Under the pieces are notes generated by a model, which saw only the letters and a program-made list of their open reading frames with translations, was not told the origin of the DNA and did not search any database. DNA of 64,000 nt from Carcharhinus longimanus (lineage: Eukaryota). This document shows positions 37,710-50,609 of this stretch, piece by piece. The stretch lies in NCBI GenBank assembly GCA_030264375.1, contig JASCQW010000001.1, forward strand, positions 93,535,182 through 93,599,181, in the 5' to 3' direction. Positions within the stretch are counted from its first letter, which is position 1. Each line of letters opens with the position of its first letter. The position numbers were made by a program, and so were the translations under genes.

Positions 37710-38010
37710 GGCACTGCTGCCTCACAGCGCCACGTTCAATTCCAGCCTTGGGTCACTGTCTGTGTGGAGGTTGCACATTCTCCTTGTATCTGAGTGGGTT
37801 TCCTCCGGGTGCTGTGGTTTCCTCCCATAGTCCAAAGATGTGCAAGTTAGATTGATCAGCCATACTTAATTTTGCCCCTTAGTGTCAGGGGGACTAGCAG
37901 GGCAAATGAGTGGGTTACAAGGATAGGGCCTGGGTGGGATTGTTGTTGGTGCAGGCTTGATGGGCTGAATGGCTTCCTTCTGCACTGTAGGGTTTCAATG
38001 ATTCTATGAA
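37710..38010 (+). mobile_element. HE1-like V-SINE
   Basis: gcactgctgcctcacagcgcca..gttcaattcc head, V domain, ttccttctgcactgtagggtttcaatgattctatga tail. Confidence 0.9.
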
Positions 38011-38959
38011 TTAGTAGTGCTGGAATGGACACCAAATTGAAATAGCGCATCACCATCGTAACTCCCTTCCAGTGTTGCTCACTGCTAGGAATGAAGAGCT
38101 AGTTGATTTACCTGAGTTGTCAGCAGGCTGTTGGACCATGGAAAGGTCACTGCTTGAATCATCATGTGCTCATGAAAGCAGGACACAAAAGGACAATAAA
38201 CAGGAGTGAAGGCCCTGACTAGCATTTTCTTTGCTGAGGCCAGATATAGAACCTTAACTGCTGCTCCGTTGAGATCAATGAGCTCCACACAAACTGGACT
38301 GCAAGCAAATTGAAGAGCAAGATACTGCATTTTAAACATTCTTGTTGAATACTCATAGGCACGCCACAAGTTCCACTGTCTCATTTTCATATAATAAGAA
38401 CATTGTGTCTATTCTTAATCGTCTTCATATGGTGCCTGTCAAAGGCTGGCTTTGTGTATTTATTAAAGGCCCAAACCCTGATGGACACAGGTGCTACATA
38501 TGCATCAAATGAAAAATGTGTTATATATTTGGTCAGGATATGATAACAGCTTGTCAATTCCACAAGGTGGTCCTGCAGCGTTTACCCAAGACATTACAGA
38601 ATGTTAAAACGTTCCCTGTAGGCATGCGAGTGAGTCAGGAATCTGCAAAGCCCAGCGAGAGGCGATGAGAAGCGGGGCTAATGAGAAAGTGAAACCTGAA
38701 CAATTCTTTCCTTATGTCCCCCAGTGAATTGAACTTTACTGTTTTTAACCTGGTCAATAACTCTCACATATTTATTGAAAGCCCAATAATTGCATCAACC
38801 TTTCAGTTATTGCTAACTTTCAAATCATTGTATTAGAAGAATCTATAGGTTTAATGCTGTCTGTTTGTTCTTAGTGAATAGAACAATCTGCCAAAATTTC
38901 AAAAACGAGCAAACATGATTTTCCACAATGTGGTTTCAAAACACCTTAACTTTTTAAAA

Positions 38960-39311
38960 AAAATTTATTCATGGGACATGGATGTCGCTGGCTGGCCATC
39001 ATTTATTGCCCATCCCTAGTTGCCCTTATTCAAGGCCAGTTGAAAATCAACCACTATGGCTCTGAAATCACATATAGGCCAGACAGATAAGGACAGCAGA
39101 TTTCCTTCCCTAAAAGACATAAATGAATCAGATAGGTTTATCCAACAATCGACAATGATTTCATGGCCATCATTTGATTCTTAATTCCAGACATTTTTTA
39201 CTGAATTCAAATTCCACCATCTATCATGGTAGGATTTGAAACAGTGTACCCTGAACATTAGCTTGGGTTTTGAATAGTCTAACGATAATACCGCTAGGCC
39301 ATCGCTTCCCC
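38960..39311 (-). mobile_element. tRNA-headed SINE, same family as 18810-19164
   Basis: Colinear with 18810-19164 from tttattcatgggacatgg to ggccatcgcttcccc. Confidence 0.85.
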
Positions 39312-41004
39312 TCATTAAGTTAAATAAACCTCACTTTCAGGATGAAAGTTGTTCTTGATCCTCTCTAATCATGACCCATTAATTCAGGTGTGAACTTGCA
39401 GTCATATTTTTACTGAATCACAGTGATTGATCGCAGCTCAATGTCTACATATGCTCCATGATGTGCATCGAATAAGTTTTAAAATACTTTCAATCGCTCC
39501 GAACCCCCCTAGACTACAGTGGGAAAGAATCAGCTACAGTGCCTCTGAGGGCGTCTATCCAATAAGCCCTATTGAAAAAGTGTGATTGCATGGTCTCCAG
39601 TTGAGGTTAGGATCAGGCCTGGTTATGATGCCTCCCTCAGTCAAACAGCTTGACAAAACTCACTGTCCTTCATGTTCAAGCCTAGGTAATCAGTTACGCA
39701 ATATTCTTGTGAACTCTTAGTGATGGTGAAGTGTATCTGAGCTAATGTCACTATTTTCAGGAAAGATGAAGGGAAAATTATTTGGGGCAGTGGTGGGAGG
39801 TAATATCTGAAATTAGACTATGAAAACTAAATCAATGTTGTGATTTTTTTTAAACAAAGCGCATCCATTCAAGCCACAGTTTGAAAGCGGTGGAGCCTTT
39901 CAGTCTTCTACTACAGACAGATGACAGCTACTGTTTTTGTGAAATACAGTCCAAGCATTGTAGGCTGATAATAATAAAAGTGGCGCCAGAGGAGTTTGGG
40001 GTGGGGGGGTTGGGGGGAAGCAAGCAACAGAGTGTGTCTTTAACATTTCGAAACATCCGTTCAAACTGGCTTCTCATTTCAGGAGAGAGTAGAAGGGCGA
40101 GCATCCAGCAAACATTGTCACAAAGAAGCAGCGCAAAACAGATGTGGGAAAAACAAACAGCAGCTTGCCGTGTGAATTAGTAAAAAGGTCCTGCTCAATG
40201 CAAACAAACCCCATTCCTCACTTCAACATCAATAGCCATAAAAAGGTCAGGCAAAACCCAACCCAGAGCAAAGGAGCGACACTGAGAACTCCGCAATAGT
40301 CGTGGTTTCTGCATGGGCAGGAAGAAACTGTGGTAGCAACGAGAAAAAAAAAGCCTTTTCACTCTGACATTTAAGCATTAAGAACAAAATGAGTCAAGAA
40401 GCTAGAACTCATACATTTCACACTGAAACACTTGTTCCAAATGTGGAACATGGCTCCAACAACTTGCCTTAGATCTTATTAATGTTGCAATTATTTAAGA
40501 TGCAGTCAGTCCTCTCTGTTACACTGTCTTTAGTTGCTGTAACAAAACATGTGGTGATAGGAAATATGTTGTACTCAGCGCAGAGGGACTTGGACTGTAT
40601 GAGCATACTTACTCAGTGTTAATGGTTGCGTACATGATTCTGTCCCAATGGAGAACATGCTAAATCTGACAAATATTAAGAGAAAACAATCTTGTGTGCC
40701 ATATAGGTTTGTACAGACAGTGCTACAGCATGCAAATAACTTGGATATCACCAAAGGTCAATCTTGCCTTGTCATCAGACAATTATACTTAAAGCCAGGT
40801 GTTCCTGAGTATGCCGATGTGCTCAGTAAGTAGGAAACTGATTCCAAGGAGAATAAAGTGTAAGGCACTCATAACGTTAACAACATTCTTTCTGTTTCTT
40901 TTCTTTCCCTGAAATAATTCACAAAGCTGACTACGACCACACTGTCTTGATGAAGAACAAAGCTTTGCATTTTAAGCCAGCCATGTACCACCAATGATAG
41001 AATA

Positions 41005-41175
41005 TTAAAGAAAAAAGGTTTGCATTTATATAGCACCTTTCAGGGTTTCAAAATGCTCAAAAGTACTTTACGGCATTTCTTTTGAAGTGTGGGCACTATT
41101 GTAACATACAAAATGTGGCAGCTATTTTGTGCAGAGCAAGGTCCCACAAACTGCAATGTGATAATGACTAGGTCA
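41005..41175 (-). mobile_element. DeuSINE-like 3' half
   Basis: ttgcatttatatagcacctttca...cccacaaactgcaatgtgataatgac. Confidence 0.75.
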
Positions 41176-41289
41176 TGATTAGAAATTGGGTTCTTTAGCA
41201 GCCACTTCTGGGTACTAGGAGTGCCCTTCGAACTCCAGAATTATATACATGGCGCCAACACACACACCTATGGGGACCATGTTTTCTTT

Positions 41290-41715
41290 TTATTTTTTCA
41301 AAGGATGTGGCTTGACCAGCATTTATTGCTGATCCCTAATTGCCCTTGAGAAGGTGTTGGTGAGCTGCCTTCTTGAACTGCTACAGTCCTGGAGATGTAG
41401 GCACACCCAATGTGCTGTTACGAAAGGAGTTCCAGGATTTTGACCCAATGACAGTGAAGAAATGGCAATATCATTCCAAATCAGAATGGTGAGTGGCTTG
41501 GAGGGGAACTTGCAGGTGATGGTGTTCACGTGTATCTGCTGTCATTGTCCTTCTAGGTGGTAGTGGGGTTGGAATGTGCTGTCTAAGGAACACTGGTGAG
41601 TTCCTGCAGTGCATCTTGTAGATGATATACACGGCTGCCACTGTGCATTGTTGGTAGAAGGAAGGAATGTTTGTGGGTGAGGTGCCAATCAAGTGCGCTC
41701 ATTTGCCCTAGGTGT
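41290..41715 (-). mobile_element. LINE 3' end (CR1-group), tail shared with the 18810/38960 SINE
   Basis: ORF 41471..41692 TVAAVYIIYKMHCRNSP..LRQH resembles a LINE ORF2 C-terminus; the 3' end GGGCAATTAGGGATCAGCAATAAATGCTGG matches the SINE tail. Confidence 0.7.
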
Positions 41716-42049
41716 TGGTGTGGCCTTTGGCGTATGCAATGATTGTTCATTGGAAGAAGGCAAAACTAGAAGTTCTGTTGATGTACTGCTGCGTTAAATT
41801 CAGCAGTGCCATTTTGAAGCTCAACACCAAATCTTAACCTCACACAATGGAACTCATGTTTAATAGCATAAAGGACCAGCACTATTTCAAGTGATTATTA
41901 ACTACTTAAAGATTAATTTCTTGACTGATTTCTTCTGGTATTGTTTTGATACCATACATTTTGATATTTTCTATAATTGTTACAAATTGCAAAAGACTAC
42001 AGGGTGTACCCAATCCTTAAGCAAAAGCAGTCGCTATGAGGCCGAGGTG

Positions 42050-42830
42050 CTTAAGTAGGGATTTCCCTTGGAATACAGCATTACTTATGAAATAAGCAGA
42101 GGCAATTCGGAGTAGGACAAGTTACTGGAAGAGGGAGAAGAAGAAGCAGGTGGAAGGCTCTTAATAAGAGAGCATATCTGCCCAGGATGTTTACAGAAAA
42201 ATTCTCCAGCCTGATGATCAATGTATGTGGCACCTTCATTGAAGTCTGTCACAACCACAACTGCAAACTCAGAACAGGGCAAGAACAGCAACAACTTTCA
42301 TGTACCTCACACCCTCTGGACTGGAGCTACAAGTATTAGCAACATCTCAAAAGTATGCCATCTACTGTTGTGTTAGGGGACTTTCGCGTCAAAGACAGCT
42401 AAACATGTTTAATTCTGTCTGCAGACAGCAGCAGGCAGTGTGAGTGGGTGGCTTCATAAGAATTGCAGCTTTCCCCCATGGCACAGAATGACACTGGCAG
42501 CTCACACATTGCTTTTTGGATGCCACACATCAACTCTGTTTCATATGGGAACCAACACCCAGCTGGTGTATGATGAACAGCAGTGCACCATGCAGGTCAA
42601 TGCCCGGTATCCTGGCAGCAATCCTCATGCCTTCATTCTGTGGCAGCATGTTGAGCCAACAACGTTTGAGCCACTACAGGAAAACAAAGGCGACTGGGCT
42701 ACTGGGTAACAGCTTCTATTCAATGAGATATCGCCTGTGAATCTACTGTGTGGCCCATGCACACATGGGCAGCGCGCATTCAATGAGAGCCATGGTGCCA
42801 CACAAAATGTGATACAGTGGATCACTTACA
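42050..42830 (+). pseudogene. PIF/Harbinger (HARBI1-like) DDE transposase fossil
   Basis: Frameshifted pieces: RAYLPRMF, RIAAFP...THIA, QLVYDEQQCTMQVNARYPGSNPHAFILWQ, GLLGNSFY, QRAFNESHGATQNVIQ. These match the Harbinger motifs A.YPGS.HDA.IL, LLGD.GY and N..H..TR.VIE. Confidence 0.8.
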
Positions 42831-43042
42831 TGCAAAAAAAAACTTCTGCTGCCTGTAGCACTCTGGAGGAACCTGCTGTTGTGTCCAGCCAATGTATAGT
42901 GCAGTCTATGATCCCTGTGTCCATTTCAGTAGCTATCCAATTTAGTCCCCCATCTGTTTTAATGTTGGTTGAGGTGTGAATGTTGGCCAGGACACTGAGG
43001 AGAAATGTCCCTATTCCGTTGAGCTGACATTTAAAAACACAT

Positions 43043-43217
43043 GGTTGGAAATCCCTGGCCTTTCCAGCAGGACTCTCCGATCCTACTGGCAGTGCAACCC
43101 TGCCCGCATAATTCCCACTGACAGCAACAGGACCGGGAAATCCTGACATGAGCAAACAATGCGCCACCTCCCGCTCGTGGGAAACATGCACCTGGGAGGC
43201 TGGAGAATTTTGTCCAT
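43043..43217. mobile_element. MITE related to the ~1128-1325 insert
   Basis: ggttggaaatccctggcc...ggctggagaattttgtcc ends; shared internal motifs (cacctcccgc..ggaaacatgc). Confidence 0.55.
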
Positions 43218-43552
43218 GATCTTGTGGCAATAAGTTTGAGGCAAAGTCTAGAAACAGCTATTGCCAATTTGATTCATCTTCCAAGAACAACATGAAGAAA
43301 CCAGGCTCTTCTCCAAACTTGATAAGGCAGATGGAACAAATGCAGATGAATCATTCCAAACTGCTCTTCTTCATCCAGTTCTGAAGGGACATCAATCCTA
43401 TTTTCATTGCTGTGTCACTGGCATGCCAACCCAAGTCAGGGTAGAAAAGGAAAATTCATGTTAAGAACATAAAGCAGGTTTTAAAAGTTCAAGGAAAGCT
43501 ATTTCCAAAACTGCACTTTTACGTTTTATGTAATAATAAAAGTAGGTTTTTT

Positions 43553-43826
43553 AAAAGTTTATTTACGTCACAAGTAGGCTTACATTAACACTGCAATGAA
43601 GTCACTGTGAAAATTCCCTCGTCGCCACGCTCCGGCACCGGTTCGGATACACCAAGGGCCAATGCACCTAACCAGCACGTCTTTCGGACTGTGGAAAGAA
43701 ACTGGAGCACCCAGAAGAAACCCATGCAGACATGGAGAGAATGTGCAAACTCTGCAAGACAGTGACCCAAGCTGGGAATCGAACCCGGGTCTCTGCCGCT
43801 GTGAGGCAGCAGCACTAATCATTGTG
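43553..43826 (-). mobile_element. V-SINE, type B tail
   Basis: Same organisation as 22815-23127. Confidence 0.85.
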
Positions 43827-46800
43827 CCTAATACCCTCAGGGTGCACAGCTCAAAATTTATTTTATGCCAGTAATGAAAGAGAAAAGTGTTAACCATCAC
43901 CAAGAAAACCCATTGCCAACCTCATGCCTATCCTTGTAGCTGTATGGAAACGGAATGTCCTACTGCTATCTCAGAAGTAGTTTCTGTGCTTGTATCAGGT
44001 GGGAATGGCCTGTCACATTGCTCTCCCTGGGAGAATATCACCATCTATTGTGCTTTCTTTGTTTAATAGATTCAGATATATAAAAGGAAATGTTTCTTCT
44101 CCCACCAGAGTCTTCCCTCTGAAGAGTTTCTACAGCAACACACCCACACTGCCTTTATAAAAAGACTCGGAGGATTTTTACTGCAAGGTTTGAGTGACAA
44201 ATAGTGAATGAGCTTCACAAAATAGTTGATTCCCTCTTGGTTAAATCTTTTGGAATACAGTATCGCCTTTTTGAATGCAGCAGGCAGCAATGCTTCTGGA
44301 AAAAATAAGGCTTCATTTCAGGAACCCAGAGAAAGTTCTGAAGTGAGGAGGGGGTGATCTTTGTCATAACTAAATGTATCCCCTGCCCCCACCCCAGATT
44401 CAAATGCTGTTTTTTTTAAATATCACTCTGCTAAAACAGTGGTGGTTCACACCCTTCATTAAGTGGTGTTGAACATAGTATTTCTCCTCAAACTGTTCTT
44501 CATGCCTCCAGAGCTTCATCTCTGCTTCCCATATTGAACAATATGTTCAACCTGAGATTGCCTAAAATTCTGCCCATCATTCAGCATTATCAGAGAGGGG
44601 ATACAATGTCAGAACTTTTCACTTCTTATTGGGTTTTAAAGCATTATCTCAGCACAAAGAGATGGAGAAGAGATTACTTCTGAGTTTTTTTTGTTTTCAA
44701 ACCCTCTTCAAGTAACCTTTCCACATTTCAGTCGAGTCCTTGGAATTTTAACAGCCACTGGATCTCCACCCCCACCCCCACCTCCCATTTTCATGATGCT
44801 TCTAACTATTGCCTTGTGTTTTGTGGCTGTTGGCCTTATCTCTGTTAAATTGCAATCAAGGATTCCATCAAAGTTTATTCTTAAGTCTGTTATTTGTGAG
44901 CCAATTTCGCACCCTAATGGCAAAACCCAGGTTAAAGGCAAAAAAGCATGGTCTAGAATTCAGCTGCCTGACCGAAAGAGCCAGATTTAGAAATGTCAAT
45001 GTGGAAGAAAGCGCTCACTAAAGCTGACCTTTGGAATTTGAATTAAACATATGCTGCCAGAAAAGATGGGCAGGATTTTTCTGGCTGGCAAGAAAAGCGG
45101 CGAGGGCACCAGGAAAATAGTAGAGCCATATCGGGGCATCTTGCTAACATAGTCTCGCCACTGGGAGTGGCAGGAGCCGTTGCAAAATGGTCACCTGCTG
45201 AATGGAGGCTGGCAACTGAGAAGAATGATTGCATGATTTGTTTTAGCGGTGATTCAGAGGCCATGTTGGAATTATAAAATGGCCTCCAGCTAAGTGTAGA
45301 AGCTTCAGAGAGCCATTGGGGGCAGAGATTCAATGGCCATTAAAGAGACCACATGAAAGAAAGGCAGCTTCCACAGCTCAAACACTCTGCCCGGAGGTCT
45401 TTCCTCTTCATTTCTAAAAAATATACTGGCCTCATGTTGAGGCTCCCTCATGATGTCAGCAATGCCTCAGCAGTGTCCACAGCGGCTGCTGAGGCTTCAG
45501 AGGTATTGGCCCTCTGATAAGGCAAGCAGCATCTAAATCCTACCCACTATCTGTACTGGAACAGTGAGTTCAGTGGATGTCAATTCACTTCCAGGAGTAT
45601 CACTGTGTTGGTCTGGCTCCCAGAAGACACAGGCTCAGGATTCCCATGTGGTCCCGAAATTGGGATCTTGAAGCCCATAATGAAATCCTGCCTCAAGAAG
45701 AAATAATGCAGACGTCTCTTATTAAACAGCTCTCATCAAAATTACAACCCGCCACAACACCAACTGAGGCCCTTGGGTAACCAATTAATGACTACTTCAG
45801 GGCTTTATATTGCTACTGCTGGTATTAATCCAGTGACAGGCCTGTCGGCATGAAACATGCAGGGCCTATAAAATCATGCAGTCAGCATGCCACCTCCTGG
45901 GAGCTATCTTTCAATCAAAGGCACTCAGTGCATGTTCAAAAAACTGGACGTCTTCTGAGACACACGCTCTTTGATTGCTAGCAACCCTGCTGTACTGATC
46001 TCCTTGCCATCCCCATCCCGCCTATAGTCTGGATCACCCAGCAAACCAGAAACTCCGTTGCCTCTCCTTCTGGCAGCAAGTCACAGCTTATCCAGTGGCC
46101 ATGCTGAACAGAAAAGCTGCCAGCTTCCGAATGTTGTCTCTGGGATTCCAGGGGAAGGCCCACTGCTGGCCTCGCGAGTGCCTGATTGGCTTTTGGTTCA
46201 GCGGGCCTTCCCTAAAAGAGGCCTCTTGCCAGCTGTCCAACCGGCAGAACCACCTCCCCATCACTCCTCGCGCACCCTCCCCCCCCCGCCCCCAACAAGA
46301 TTCTGTTCATTATGTTGAAAGTGCTAGACAAATTTAAGCTGTTGCTGTTATTGTTATTAGCTGTGCTAAATCCCAGTGAAAGCAACTCCAAGTATGCTAC
46401 AATAGTCATCCCATTCCACCACTCTGCTGCTGAAACTCATGCTGAGCAGTGCTATTCATCTGTTTATTTGAAACACCGGCATACAAATACAAACATTATC
46501 ACCAAATGAGCACTTTCTATTCTTTTTGCGAAAGATATTCTATTTGTCACTTTCAGTTAGCTGTCCCCATTGAATAAAGTCTTGTTTAATCTCCTCGTCA
46601 GTGCTTGTTGTGGATTCAGGCAGTGGTTTGGAATTCTTGGTTTAAAAAAATTGGATTATTTCGCTGCCATTGACTGTCTGACACTTTTAAACAACATAAA
46701 AGAAAGTCATTAAAGGAGTGAAAGAAAATAATTCAAGGTCCATTATAACCAGAAACAAGCAGTACACGCAGCAGATTAGCAGGCAGCACTACTGAGTGCT

Positions 46801-46959
46801 TTTTAAATCGATGTCAGGTCAAATTAATTTCTGGTTTCTCAAGACATACACAGTGTATTATTTATTTACATGCTCGCCCCTTTTCTTTCCTTTTCGTGGT
46901 GCCCAGTTCTCTGTTTTCTTTCCAAGCTTCTTATTTCAATTGAAAAGGAGCAACACATC

Positions 46960-47422
46960 ACTGAACCACAGGATGCTTACAGCAAGAGAGGCCATTCAGC
47001 CCATCATGTCCAAGTGCCACTCCCAGCCTTCTCCACATAACCCTGTAGATTCTTCCTTTTCAGATAACAGTCCAATTCCTTCTCAAATGTCTTGACTCAA
47101 CCTGCCTTCACCATACTCTTGGGCAGTACATTTCAGATCCCAACTGCTCACTGTGAAAAAGATGTTATTGCTTCTTTTGCTTATTGTCTTGTTCTCGATC
47201 CTTCCACCAATGGGAACAATTTTTCCCTATCTAGTCTGTCCAGATTCCTCACGATTGTGTATACCCCTATCAGATCTCCTCTTAACCTTCCCTGTTCTAA
47301 GATGAATTGTCCACATTATTCCAATGCATCTAGATAACTGAAGTTCCTCATCGCTGGAACCATTTTTGTGACCTTTTCTGCACTCTCTCTAATGTCTTTA
47401 CATCTGACCTGAAGTGTGGCGC
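46960..47422 (-). mobile_element. Old CR1 3' end
   Basis: gaggccattcagcccatc tail, ttcaccatactcttgggcagtacatttcagatcccaactgctcactgtgaaaaa, ttttctgcactctctctaa. Confidence 0.8.
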
Positions 47423-47616
47423 ACTCCTTCAGGTTTGTCCCCAAATCTTCCAGATACTGCTGTGCAAAGCCCAGGAGAAATACCACAGGGTTTTCAAAAA
47501 TGAATGTGTATTTTTTTCATTTTATTGAACTATTTAATTTATTGAGAAAAATAATAGAGATGGGAAGAAAAAACTGTCTGGGTAGGGCAGATGGCGGTCC
47601 AAGGTCATATAGTGAA

Positions 47617-47815
47617 ACAGTAAGTAGTCTCACAACACTAGGTTAAAGTCCAACAGGTTATTAGATACCATGAGCTTTCGGAGCGTTTCCCCTTCATCAG
47701 GTGAGTGCAACACTCCGAAAGCTTGACTTACCAAATAAATCTGTTGGACTTTAACCTAGTGTTGTGAGACTTCTTACTGTGCTTACCCCAGTCCAATGTC
47801 AGCAATTCCACGCCA
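47617..47815. mobile_element. Palindromic Penelope-like (pLTR-derived) element with a hammerhead-like core
   Basis: 40-bp arms 47617-47656 and 47741-47780 match 39/40. Minus strand reads CAC-CTGATGA-AGGGGAAACGCTCC-GAAAGCTC. A related fragment lies at 54738-54811. Confidence 0.7.
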
Positions 47816-50609
47816 TATTGTGAAACCTTCAGGGATACTGGCAATCTTAGGTGCGACTGATTGTTTTGTTTTGCACTGCTAATAGCTAGCAGGAGGTTAC
47901 TTTCTATATTGCACTACCCAAATACTGGAGTGCAGTCAGGCTCTCAACTAGCAATAATAACTGAACATAATTCTGGTGGACACAGGAAGATGGTAGAGTT
48001 CAGATCTGCCATCATCTGGCCTAATGCCTTAACCAACCAGGGCAATTAGAAACTCATGATGTTTGAGACTACGATTCAAACTCACAGCCCTGTTATTAAG
48101 AAAAGAACATAAAAAAAGGAGCGGCAGTAGAGTAGGCCATTTGGCCCATCAAGCTTGCTCCACTTAAGGTTTCTATCCCTTACATGTGAGATGTTAGTTG
48201 TTAAGTGCATGTATGTGCACAGTGAACACACAAGCTTGGCTCTGTAGCTCGCAATGAGAGAATGGTATACCAATCCTGATCAACACATGAAGAACAATCA
48301 TTGGTTTGGGGTTCCAAGCTCTGCCAGTGCAATATAGAAATGCACTGCAGGATGTGCCATTTCATTCAGAAGGGAGGGTAAGGGGGGAAAAATCAAGAGA
48401 AACAAAGACATTTTTCTAAATCACCGCCAATATTGTCAGCATGCAAAAGACCAACTGCATCCAGGCTGACATTTAAGAAAAGAGGCTTGGCTATAAATAA
48501 ACAAGGTTGTCTCAGATGACTTTCCCTTTTGGTGCCCTCAATTAATAATACAGAGCAGTGAGGTGAGTAATACAGAAGTTGGTGGGGGGGAAGAAACAGT
48601 TACAATTTTTTTTCAAACAGAAGAAATCTTCCCCTGTGGTGAAAAATGGAAATGGCTGAAACAACAAAATTCTAGCTCGGAATGTTTACCAGCCAATGCA
48701 GTCCAGGGCCTTATATACTTGCCAGATGCTCCAGCTTCATTCTGATCTGTAAAGCTAATCATTGTCAAACCCTGGTAGATACCTGCATGTGACCTTGTTT
48801 AATGTGCGGGAAACTTGGGACACTGTCATTGGGTCCACAATATTGATGGGTTGATGATCAGTTTTTGGTAATGTGTCAAACTGTAACGATTGAAACCACT
48901 TCACCATTGCAGTCTTCTTCTGCCTATGCATCTGGCGAGACACATTCTTCCTTTGTCTGTTCCACCACTGAGGAATTTTGGATGGCACTTTGGCTCAACA
49001 CCTGCTGCCATGGGTGGTAATAAGCTCCCAGTGGCATTACTCAGGAGAAAGTCAAAAAGCTCAAGTCTCTCAGTCAGGGCAAAGATGGCAATCCACAGAG
49101 AAGATAAAAACATGTTGAAGATAAAAAAAATGTTTATTCACAACGATTGTCCTTATGTCTTTGTTCCCTGTTTGTTTAAAATGTTCAACTCTTTTCATTT
49201 TAGCAGCATGAAAATGTATTCCAAGCCGAGAATAAAGAAATGTAACATGCTGCCAGACAGGTGCTGATATAACTCTATAGAGAATGGAGCCAGATTTCTA
49301 ATCATTTATGACAGGAAGGAGAGATACAGCATAAAGAAACTGCCCACAGCTTATGTTCCCTTTCTCCTAAACAGGATCAGAATATCATATGCTGCTGAAA
49401 CTATTAGTTTGGGCACTAAGTCTGTTTCTAAAATAAGCAGAAAATCTCCTCAATCTACTCGAGGCAATTGGTATAATAGGAGGTGATTTGCTGCTGAAAT
49501 TCCTTCCCTCCTGTGGGGAAGCATCTAGCCCCCACTCTGTTTCCCCTTATTGTCCCGGTCAAGGTCAGGGAACTTGTAATGTGAAGGAATCGTGGGAACA
49601 TCTCTATTATGTTAAACCCAGACTATGCAGGTGAACAAGGAGTTACAGCACTGAAAAACAACCACCAGAGTCAAGAATCAAACTTCAGGGGATTTTTAGA
49701 CACATTGCTTAGATACACAATTCAATTTATTTCCTTCTTGCAGTGAAGGTGAGGAAATATGATGAAAACTCATTGCAGATTAATACAAACTTCAAGAGAA
49801 TCTTCTTGTGGATTCCACAGACACTTAGAGATAAATTGCTTGTCAGATAACAACCTCTTCATATCAGGTTGACTTGACAGCCACTAACAATGGGAATTTC
49901 CGCAGCTTATTCCGAACAAATATGAAATATTTGCTCTGGGGCTGACAGCTGTGACTGCCGAGAGGTAGAGGGGGCTTTGTGCTAAATCATGTTGCACAGT
50001 TGAAAGTCAACTCAATCCCCTACAATTCAGTCAGGCCCTGCCAGCTATAGATCAACAGTTGAGGCAGCCAACCTGAAGCAAGCAAGAGGGCTGCATAGAA
50101 CACTACTGGAAAATGCCAGCCCTACTAACTGCAATTATTTTCAAAGACTAATGTTCAGCGCATTCACATTGGATGGTGGGTTCTGGTTCAGGAGAGGCAA
50201 TTAATATGCTGGAGTTCCCTGAGGTGATATGAATGAAGGCTCGTCCTTTCTGGCAGGAACACGCATACATCAAACCTGATCTGTTCTGAATTTGTTTGCA
50301 TCGATATTGTAGAGCAAAGCTCAGGTGACATTTTTTCAACAGTAAGTAGCATGTCAGGTTTTATTCTATGCAGTCTTAGAAAAGCAATAAACAAAGGCCA
50401 CAAGAGTAAATATAATTACTACAGTGCTAGGATTTGTCAGCAGCAATTAGTTTGGGGGGAGGAATAAAACAAATTCTTTGTTTTTAAGACTTTATTCTGT
50501 ATTTACGCAACAGTTGTGTTGATTATTCAGTGCTTTTACGTTCGTTAGTAACCGAACAACAATGACGGTAGCTAGGAAATCACCTACACAGCATTGTGAT
50601 AATTGCTGA

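Noticed and set aside
42050-42830. Domesticated HARBI1-like host gene
   Set aside because: Multiple frameshifts and lost catalytic acidic residues (e.g. LLGN instead of LLGD); it is a fossil.
48890-49267. 125-aa plus-strand ORF and other 60-135-aa ORFs in the track
   Set aside because: No recognisable domains or splice context; lengths are compatible with chance given the alternative start codons.
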